Shown here piece after piece: positions 24,241 through 33,729 of a stretch of DNA of 33,729 bases (its first letter is position 1; every line of letters starts with the position of its first letter). The position numbers and the translations under genes were made by a program. The stretch covers positions 1 through 33,729 of the forward strand of contig NW_021832072.1 in NCBI RefSeq assembly GCF_006345805.1. The letters are read 5' to 3'. Origin of the DNA: Octopus sinensis (Eukaryota). The notes beneath the pieces were generated by a model. It was not told the origin of the DNA and made no database searches. It was given only the letters and a program-made list of their open reading frames with translations.

Positions 24241-24562
24241 TTTAGAAGTATTCTAATTCTTTCAAAAGTTTTTTTTTTCTTTTTTCGATTTCGGCAATTT
24301 TCAGTCTTCTTAATTCTTTTTTTCAGCTTTGAATTCCAATATCAATTATTCTTTAGTCTAAGTATTTTGCTCAAATTTTCAAACATTGGTATTTTCCAAA
24401 TGTAATCGGAATCTAATTTCTTGAATTTTAAAAAAAACCTGCAAACAAATTCCTCTCATGTTTTTATCTAGTTTCTCCTTCCATCAATACATTATCTTTT
24501 AAGTTACCGTTTTATTCCAGCCACTACTCAACATATCGATGACTTTTTCATTTTGTGCGTGT

Positions 24563-25045
24563 GTTTGTTTTTTGTTCTTCTTTTTCGGGGGGGGAGTTGT
24601 TTCATTTTTTTTTTCCTAAATATAGCTGGAACCAAATACAAAAATATCATATTGAGAGAGACCACATTAGGAGAAACTATCTGAAAAAAGTAAAACATTA
24701 AGTTTTTCTTGTTTTTCATCGAATTCTATTGTTTTTTGTTCTTTTTCGGGGGGAGTTGCTTCATTTTTTTCCTAAATATAGCTGGAACCAAATACAAAAA
24801 TATCATATTGGGAGAGACCACATTAGGAGAAACTATCTGAAAAAACTAAAACATTAAGTTTTTCTTGTTTTTCATCGAATTCTATTGTTTTTTGTTCTTT
24901 TTCGGGGGGAGTTGCTTCATTTTTTTCCTAAATATAGCTGGAACCAAATACAAAAATATCATATTGGGAGAGACCACATTAGGAGAAACTATCTGAAAAA
25001 ACTAAAACATTAAGTTTTTCTTGTTTTTCATCGAATTCTATTGTA
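24563..25045. repeat. 156-bp tandem repeat, about 3 copies
   Basis: CCTAAATATAGCTGG at 24615/24771/24927 and GAATTC at 24721/24877/25033. Copies 2 and 3 are essentially identical. Confidence 0.97.
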
Positions 25046-25839
25046 AATAAGCGTTTGAAAGTTCGAGTTTTCTTCCTCTCAAAATATGCTATTTTTTTTC
25101 CTTGACATCAAAACAATTTATATTTTACATAATCTTTAGAGATTATCAAAGAATTGGACAATTTAAACATTTTAACATGATGTAAAGTCTCTATTCTGAT
25201 CATGAAATATTTCCAGCGATCCATACCATAGCTAAATGTTTGAAACTTACCTTTCTCCATAAAATAATCTGAAAATCTCTGTCCAGACACTCAAACCTCC
25301 AGGTTACGGCTTATTAAGAAATACACCATACAGAACAGCATTTGGTTTTAGACAAGAGGAAGGAAGACAAAACAAACTTGTTTCAGAAGAATTCGAACTC
25401 AGATGCACCACAATGAATTATATCCGATGCTCTTACGATTCAGCCAATTCGCGGTCAAGAGAGTGAGATGATGTAATGTTCAGGTCCACAGCCCTTTTCT
25501 CCACTTCTCCGACCACAGAAGCGCTCTGTCCACCTTGCAACTAGCAAGTGTGACAGGTAACCTTACAACAAGTATGAGGTAAGCCGGTAATGGCATGCAG
25601 AGTCCTTCATCCAGCTGTGGACGGACAATGGCTGAAATGCTAATAGCAGTTTAATTAAAATGAACCAGCTGTAGACAGAAATCATAACAAACGTTAGTTG
25701 TGTTTAATACAGGGAATGAGGGTCACGTGATTGTCGGAAGATGGAGTGTATTTGATTCGGTTGAACGCTCAAATGACTGACCCCGAATCTGTCAACGAGA
25801 AAGAGGAGAAGGTCCTTCCTCATTTTTATCTACAACTAC

Positions 25840-26308
25840 TACCACTTTAGCTATCACTACTACTACTACTACTTCTACTGCTGCTGCTGCTACTGCCACT
25901 ACTACTGCTACAACTACTACTACAAATATTGCTGCCGCTACTACTGCTGCTGCTGTTGTTGCTGCATCTATTCTACATTTTTCCTTTTCCTTCTCAACAG
26001 TTTTCTTCCTAATCTTCTTCCTCTTCTTATACATCTTCTCCGTGTTCTATTCCTTCTTTCTTTATTTCTTTCTTTCATCCTTCATCTTCTCTTTTTATTG
26101 TCTCTTTTCCTTTTTTGTAGTATTTATCTCTTGCATTCTTCTTTTTCATCTTTCTCTTTGTGTTTCTTTCGCATCTTCTTTTCTGTTTCTTCATTTTCTT
26201 TTCTTCTTCTTCTTCTTCTTCTTCTTCTTCTTCTTCTTCTTCTTCTTCTTCTTCTTCTTCTCCTTCTCCTTCTTCTTCTTCATCATCATCTTCTTCATCA
26301 TCATCATC

Positions 26309-26367
<59 letters not shown>

Positions 26368-26410
26368 TTCTGTTCTGCAGTTTCTTCTTCTTCTTCTTCT
26401 TCTTCTTCTC
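25840..26410. repeat. Low-complexity (CTA/CTG)n, (TTC)n and (ATC)n tracts
   Basis: Directly visible. Confidence 0.9.
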
Positions 26411-26831
26411 CGTTTCTCACGTAAACTAAAACAGCACATTCCTTCTCCATTCACTCCTAATTCTTTTCTTCCCTTAGAATTTTCTTCATGAAACTCATTC
26501 GTCTCCGGTATCCTCTTACAATTATTTATACACGTCCAAACACACAACCTCCTCCCTCCTCCCCTCTCACGTTTGTCTTTCACTCCTTCCTCTTCTCCCA
26601 CTTTTGTTATTGTTGTTGTTTTTCTTCTTCTCCTGCTTCTCAGTCATTTCTTTCCCTCGTATTCTCCTATTTACACGCCACCACCTACCTTCCATTTAAC
26701 CATACAAATACAACGAAAGGAACGCATTTCAAAAGATTAACACGTGGAATAAACAGAGAAGAAAATCCAGCTCACTCATTCACTCTCTTACTCTCTCATC
26801 CTCTCAATCATTATTACTCTCATTCACTCAC

Positions 26832-26865
<34 letters not shown>

Positions 26866-27880
26866 GCACACACACTCTCTCTCACTCACTCCTTCACCTA
26901 CCCGCTCACACACCTATTCGTTCACTCGTTCACTCACTCCCACTTCCTTACGTTTGTTCACTCACTCGTTCACTAAATCGAGCATTCAATAATCAATCAC
27001 TCATTCCCATTTACAGAATCTTCCCATTCATTTACACAACGTCCATTGACGTGAGCGATCGCTGTCTCCTATTTATTCATCGATGCGTCAGCGATTCTGC
27101 GCTCTTCGCGCTTCCGTTGCTTCGACATTGTGAAAGATTTAAACCTGAGATGATTCAAAAACATTTCTCGTTAAATGAAGAATATTCTTAAATCGCTTAA
27201 AATGAAAAATCTGGTTGACTAGCATCACTAAAAGTAGGAAGTATTCTTGGCCTTTCCAGCAAATCAATTAGCAATCCAATACATTTAATTTTAAAAACCA
27301 TCTGGATAAATTCTTTACATCTTCATTAAATACGAACATTATAGAAAAACGGTGGGGGTGGTCAGACGGAGAACAAAATAAAGACGATATTGAATTCCAT
27401 AAGTTGACCACCAAAGTAAAAGCCACAACTAAATATTCAAAACAAACGATGACCAACACTGTTGATAGAATAGTTCTGGTTGAGTGAAAATACCAATTCT
27501 CGAAGCCATTTTGGGTTAATTTCAAAGTTATGAAAATCTTCCGAAAGATGTCAAAAGATTTTTGTCTTGTAATGAACAGTTTGGAACACATTGCAGTTTT
27601 CTTTGAATATAAGCTGCAGTTCTTAGCGTCTGTCCGTCTGTCCGACTGTCTCTATGTCGGTTGGGGCGTATGTCTGTCTGTTGGTCTATCTTTTGGAATG
27701 CATTTATGTCTATATATTCATGTATGCTTGTTTGTAGGTCTATGTGTGTGACTGTCTGTGTGTCAAGCGATCGGTTTATCTGCGTAATTTTCCAGGTGAA
27801 TTTTGTTGTCCGTCCGTGCGTCTGATTTGATATGAAAGCGAAAACGAGAGGGGATAAGAGGTAAGAGGGATTGCAAAAGT

Positions 27881-27901
27881 TAGTAGTAGTAGTAGTAGTA
27901 A

Positions 27902-27956
<55 letters not shown>

Positions 27957-28218
27957 CGTTGTTGTTTATGTTGTTATTATTCATGTTAAAGAAGAAGAAA
28001 AAGAAGAAAAAGACAAGAAGAAAAAGACAAGAAGAAAAAGACAAGAAGAAAAAGACAAGAAGAAAAAGACAAGAAGAAGAAGAAAAGAAGAAGACAAGAA
28101 GAAAAAGAATAACAACAACAACAAAAGATACAAGAAGAAGAAGGAGGAGGGGAGGAGGAGGAGGAGGAGGAGGAGAAGAAGAAGAAGAAGAAGAAGAAGA
28201 AGAAGAAGAAGAAGAAGA
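27881..28218. repeat. (AGT)n, 14-bp minisatellite GAAAAAGACAAGAA x5 (28006-28075), (GGA)n and (GAA)n
   Basis: Directly visible. Confidence 0.95.
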
Positions 28219-28798
28219 ATTTCCGACACCGTCCAAACTGATCGCAATTTTAATCAAATTTTTACCTTGATACATGTGAAAGTGCATTAAAAACAGACTT
28301 TCCGCGTTTGATGTAGAAACAAATGATAAATTATTGATTTACAAGTGTGACGCTGTTTCCTTTGAAAATACGCCATTTTGCGTTTCCTTCAGAGCAGTAA
28401 AATATACAACACACTTCATTTAATACAGGAAATCTAATAAATATTATAATATAAAGTCCGTCTATTACTTGTAGCTTTATCTCCATCTTTATCGTCACTG
28501 TCGAAAGTTTGACTGTCGTAAACAAACTATAAGATTTCTATTAGTTACTCCTTCTAAAAGACTTCTCAACAAGTTCTTGTAAATTTGGTAAACTTCTTGA
28601 TTGGTTATGTCTGGGAGAAGAATAACATTATATAGTATCTGCTTTTGTATTAACGCCATCGACGGAGAGGATGTTAATATAGAACGCGAATTTAATTGGT
28701 GTTGGAGCCCTCATACATTATATGTGTGTATACGCGGATGCTGGTATATGTGCATGCATGTATGTATGACATCGTTACATATGTATACATATATATAA

Positions 28799-28888
<90 letters not shown>

Positions 28889-29709
28889 GTATGTACGCAT
28901 GCACATGTATATATCTATAAAAGTATTATTTTTAAATATATAGCAACCTTTCAATGGGTACCCTTGCATAGCTGCAGTCTAATAACTGAAACAAGTAATA
29001 GTAGAAGAAAAATTATATATATATATATATATATATATCATTATATTATGATTTCCTTCCATTCATATTCATATTAAAATTTGTTCATAAAATGTCTTTC
29101 CCATGTTGTATTGAAACAATCGTAACTAAAGTATTAAGATTAATACCAAAAATTCCAGTCATTTTTTAAATATATCGAAACTCTACGACTAAAGTACTTG
29201 GTCATTAATATTTCGTCTTGTATGAATAGTTTTCTTAGAGATAAACCATCTCTATATATACGATTGATAACCGGTATTCGCAGAAGTGTTTTCTTACGAC
29301 ACAGATCGGATTTTAATGCCTTTTATATAATGTATTGACATAAAATTATCATAAAATCATCACGCCACACTAATAATGAACATAGCGGAACAAAACTGGC
29401 CATTTCTTGTAGACTACACAGAAGGCTATTGGGTTGATTGTACGTGTAATAGAGGTCTATGCTTACCACACAGTGTGTCACCCTGATTCCATCTGAGAAT
29501 CATAGTAAGGACGCATGAGGTATTTCAGTTGATGGAAAACTAAACATTCATGGTTTCATATTCTGGCCGATATCTTGTTGTTGTTGTTCGCAGTACTGGC
29601 GACGGCGGCTGCAGCGGAGGCGACGCTGGTGGGGGTATTTTACCCAGACTAGATTCAATAAATTTGAAACATGTCCACATTAGTCTTCCTTGGTTGCTTG
29701 CTGGTGAAA

Positions 29710-29896
29710 TTGGTTCCAAATTTTGGCACAAACCTAGCAATTTGAGATGGGTAAGCCAATCGCATCAACTCCAGTGTTTAACTGGTACTTATTTAATCGA
29801 CCCGAAAAGCTGAAAAGTAAAGTCGACCTCAGCGGGATTTGAACGCCGCTAAGCATTTTGCCGGGCGTGCTAGCGTTTCTACCAGCTCACAGCCTT
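29710..29896 (-). mobile_element. tRNA-derived SINE (9793 family), internally deleted
   Basis: AACTGGTACTTATTTAATCGACCC..AAAGTCGACCTC..GCTAAGCATTTTGCCGGGCGTGCTAGCG. Confidence 0.85.
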
Positions 29897-30788
29897 ATTT
29901 GCTAGTTAATTAACAAAGAAAAAAAAAACAACCGGTCACCTCATGATTATTTTTTACTAACCTTTTCAAGCTCACAGTATTATATATTGTATCACTGACT
30001 TGGCTATTGTTTTCCATGTGAATGGTGGCCCTGAGTAATATTATCACAGTAATTTATACTGACAATATAATTGGAAATGGAATGAAAAATTTTTTTTGGC
30101 TGATGAAGAAATTTGCGTTTGCCACCATAATGACTTGTTTTCTGTTTTCTTAAACTCTCGTTTCTCTGAATTGCTTTGCCTATATTCTCTTCATCACTCA
30201 TTCTGAACTAGACAAATATAGTTTATCATCAATCTTAGCGTAATCATTAGTTAATCAATTCATTTAATTTCATTCAATTTAATTCCATTCAATCTAAATC
30301 AATGTAAAAACACTGAGAAGACAACAAAGAAAAGCAAAACAAAATGTCGTCAATCGAAACACAATAACATTCTGTTTTTACTTCCGGTCAATTTAAAAAC
30401 CTAATAGAGCGACGAACGATTTGTGGATTTTTCACTTTTCTGATCAACTTGGCACGAAAGATAAAGAATAACAATAGCATCCGTGAAGAATGGCAAACGG
30501 AAAGATTGCTTTAAGAAGTGACAAGAACAAATTGAAATTTTCTAGGGGTTCATTTGTATCAGAAAAGTACACCCCAGAGATATCTTTCGTGAAATGGAAA
30601 CAAATTTATTTAGATTTCTTTCGAGCCAATCGGATTGTCATCTCGTTTTTCTTTTTTCTACAAATGTTGAAAACACGAAAACACTTGCTTTAGTCATATG
30701 ATTAGAATTGTTTGCGAGTTTATAAACAACATATGCAAACACACATACACATGTACATATACGTATGTATCTATGTATGTATATATGA

Positions 30789-30842
<54 letters not shown>

Positions 30843-30944
30843 GTGTGTATTAATTGTTGAAATTTACAGAAAAATAAAACACGAAGACAGGCGTATAAAC
30901 AACAAGCAGGTGTATTAGTTTGACGCTCGGGGAGATGAGAAAGT

Positions 30945-30980
30945 CTTTTACGTTTCGAGTCTACGCTCTTCAACAGAAAG
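30945..30980 (-). ncRNA. Minimal hammerhead-like motif (variant core) in probable Penelope pLTR fragment
   Basis: Minus strand reads CTTT-CTGTTGA-A-GAG-CGTAGA-CTC-GAAA-CG-TA-AAAG. Stem I is CTTT/AAAG, stem II is GAG/CTC, stem III is palindromic ACGT, and the site is GUA. A6 is U, which is non-canonical. Confidence 0.55.
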
Positions 30981-31425
30981 GAACACGAGGAAATAAACGG
31001 AGAGAGAAAAAAAATTGTAGATTTAGCGGTCAAAAATATATCTATATATTTAAGGAGTAAATATTCAAAAGTGAATATCTATATAGATATTATTATTGTT
31101 ATTATTATCTGCAGTAAAAATAAATAGTTGATAATAACAGTAACAATAATATAGGTGATTGCAGGCTTTAAATAACATTAGATAGCTAGGGAATTAAAAT
31201 TTAAAATTTATATTTATCATAAGGGTACACAAGTAGCCTGCCTGCTAGAAAGAGGAACTACCACTCAGATAAACCACCAATAACACTGAAAATTTCAACA
31301 GAAAAACAACGGTAAGCGGGCGAACGGGTCAAATACTTTTAACATACCAAATACAGCTCAATGGTAAATATTTTGGCATCTGAATGCCCTTGGATCATGA
31401 TTTTAAATTCTAATTATATACATAT

Positions 31426-31504
<79 letters not shown>

Positions 31505-31630
31505 AAAACAAAGTTATTTTAGTCCACACGGGTAGAAATACAAGTAAAATAGAAGTTGAAACTGAAGAATAGTTGAAACTGGGAATAGTTGAAATATCTT
31601 TTATTAATATATTTCAAAATATATTAATGA

Positions 31631-31776
31631 GTCTGTGTTTGTACCCCCATCATCGCTTGATAACCGATGCTGGTGTGTTTACGCCAGCATCTTTACAAAG
31701 AAGTCCTGGTGTCGATTTGCTCGACTAAAGCATGGCCACAGTCAAATGACTGAAACAAGTAAAAGAAAAAGAAAAG
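31631..31776 (+). mobile_element. 3' part of SINE (21077 family) with internal deletions
   Basis: GATGCTGGTGTGTTTAC..TTACAAAGAAGTCCTGG..GTCAAATGACTGAAACAAGTAAAAGA. Confidence 0.85.
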
Positions 31777-31797
31777 ATATATATATATATATATATA

Positions 31798-32163
31798 AAT
31801 TAACAAAATGAGATAAAAATCCAAAGCTGTGAGAGATTTCAGAACATTTATAAAGAGAAGGTCTTAGAGCTGTTTCCGGGATAATTTATATATCCCTTCA
31901 TCAGAGACGGTACGAGAAAATGGTTAAGCAAAAGTTATTCTAGAGAAGATATGAAATAGAGAGAGAAGTGGAGGAATAAAAACAGACGTGAGATATGCAG
32001 GGGTATTGTATCTCCAGTTCCATTATTCAAGCAGAATGGTATACATATAACTCCTCATTCGCATAACTACCGGACCTGGAGCTTAACTATGGTCTGTCCA
32101 TAGCACTTACTCAGCATTACCTGATACCTTTGGGTCTTCTTGACTTCATTACCTCTCTAAACC
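31798..32163 (-). mobile_element. Probable Penelope pLTR-derived insertion, bounded by (TA)n on both sides
   Basis: Unique ~365-bp block between two TA tracts, carrying a minimal hammerhead. No convincing ORF. Confidence 0.45.
31861..31908 (-). ncRNA. Minimal type I hammerhead ribozyme motif
   Basis: Minus strand reads GTCT-CTGATGA-A-GGGATA-TATAAAT-TATCCC-G-GAAA-CAGCTC-TA-AGAC. Core intact, 6-bp stem II, stem I GTCT/AGAC. Stem III ACAGCTCT is one mismatch from the palindrome ACAGCTGT. Confidence 0.7.
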
Positions 32164-32166
32164 TAT

Positions 32167-32215
<49 letters not shown>

Positions 32216-32225
32216 TATATATATA

Positions 32226-32352
32226 CAGGGTGTCCCAAAAAATGAATACACCCTTAAATAATTGTAAATTTGTTATCTTTGTAAGCCTAGTACTTATTCT
32301 ATCGTTCTCTTTTGCCGAACCACTATGTGTATACTTTTTGGGGGACACCCTG
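32226..32352. mobile_element. 127-bp Tc1/mariner-type MITE in a (TA)n tract
   Basis: Imperfect ~26-bp TIRs beginning CAGGGTGTCCC at both ends, with TA flanks. Confidence 0.85.
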
Positions 32353-32359
32353 TATATAT

Positions 32360-32394
<35 letters not shown>

Positions 32395-32719
32395 ATATAT
32401 ATATATATATATAATATATATATTATATACATGTGTGTGTGTGTGTGTCTATTGAAGATGTGTGTTAATTCATTCGCTTATATAAGTTCCACGCCCTCAG
32501 TTCCTGACTTCAAATCTCCAAAGACTTCGATTCATATTTCATCCTAGAAATGCTGTAATTTGCCCACGTCAAAATGCCTGTGTTTTTAATGCAAATGGAG
32601 ATGAAAGGTCAGCTCATATAATTTTCAAAGCAGGAAATAACAAAAAAACTATTCAATAAAAACAGTAAATATTTAAAACAAATACATTGCGGAAAACACA
32701 TATTTGTCATTTAAACACG

Positions 32720-32775
<56 letters not shown>

Positions 32776-33293
32776 GTTCACTTCGTTTAAACATTTAAAT
32801 TTTGTTGCGGCGAGAATTTTGACACCAAATAAATGTTTAAGTGAAGTGAACAATCTTGATGAGTTTTTATTTATTTATTTTTGAATAGCTAATAAGGGTG
32901 TTCCATGCTGTAATTGGTTTAGATGCAACACATGGCCTCAGATCAAACCGTTTGCCAGACAAGTATATCTCCGAAAATATATAATTCAAATTCTTATAAC
33001 ATCTGATGTTTCGTGATTCATTTGATCCGAGCTAACAGTTCAACGTCCTCATTTGACCCTTGAATGCATCGAGGGAGACCCATTCTATTTCGAACTTCGG
33101 CACTAACGCTTTTTCTAATAATACCTTGATTCATAATGTTTTACATTTGCTCTGCAATTGTCAGTGAGTGGCAAAAGAATAAAAGGGTTAAATAGTTCTT
33201 AAAAGACGAGAGGAAAACAGCTCGGATGTCTCTGACCTCTGACCATCGGTTACTCGATCGATATTAATTAAATTACAATTATAATATATTATA

Positions 33294-33692
33294 CTTTTCT
33301 AATCTAGGCACAAGGCCCGAAATTTTTGGAGAAAGGGGCCAGTCGATTAGATTGACCACAGTACGTAACTGGTACTTAATGTATCGATCCCGAAAGGGCG
33401 AAAGGCAAAGTCGACCTCATAGGAATTTGAACACAGAACGTAAAGACAGACGAAATACCGGTTTCTTTACTACCCACAAGGGGCTAAACACAGAGGGGAC
33501 GAACAAGGACAGACAAACAGATTTAGTTGATTACATCGACCCCAGTGCGTAACTGGTACCTATTTAATCGACCTCGAAAGGATGAAAAGCAAAGTCGACC
33601 TCGGCGGAATTTGAACTCGGAACGTAACGGCAGACGAAATACGGCTACGCATTTCGCCCGGCGTGCTAACCATTCAGCCAGCTCGCCGCCTT
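33294..33692 (-). mobile_element. Two tandem SINE copies (9793 family): headless copy 33294-33459 and full copy 33460-33692 with a different 3' tail
   Basis: GTAACTGGTAC..ATCGA..AAAGTCGACCTC..GAATTTGAAC..GACGAAATAC occurs twice. The second copy has the complete head (CAGCTCGCCGCCTT). Confidence 0.88.
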
Positions 33693-33729
33693 AATGATAT
33701 ATTTATACTCAATAAACAATGAGAACATC

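Noticed and set aside
24563-25045. Regularly spaced repeats as a CRISPR array
   Set aside because: Units are contiguous with no unique spacers, the context is eukaryotic, and there are no cas genes.
29550-29813. Gly-rich 87-aa ORF (GDGGCSGGDAGGG)
   Set aside because: A short GC-rich degenerate triplet stretch running into a SINE; no evidence of a gene.
30378-30390. ETS-like ACTTCCGGT motif as a promoter
   Set aside because: A single short motif, also found inside the Tigger relic at about 15888; insufficient alone.

Overview
AT-rich, microsatellite-saturated eukaryotic non-coding DNA. The SINE families and simple-repeat load suggest an octopus/coleoid cephalopod genome, but this is inference and was not verified. 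No host protein-coding gene can be supported, and nearly all ORFs in the track are artefacts of (TA)n/(CA)n/(AAT)n/(TTC)n tracts. Mobile elements present: a near-intact 1.29-kb DD34D mariner (10808-12098), a decayed Tc1-type element with DD36E spacing, a decayed pogo/Tigger transposase, a decayed Gypsy pol (RNase H-integrase), one complete non-autonomous Helitron plus a second Helitron 3' end, a TA-flanked MITE, about a dozen tRNA-derived SINE copies and a 3x156-bp tandem repeat. The main unexpected signal is a set of hammerhead ribozyme motifs. Two canonical type I hammerheads lie in a ~930-bp inverted structure (1960-2891) made of two circularly permuted copies of a ~435-460-nt non-coding unit (retrozyme-like). 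Minimal or variant hammerheads of the Penelope type lie at 1286, 1760, 8524, 30945 and 31861; those at 1286 and 1760 are in an inverted-repeat Penelope remnant carrying a GIY-YIG C-terminus.
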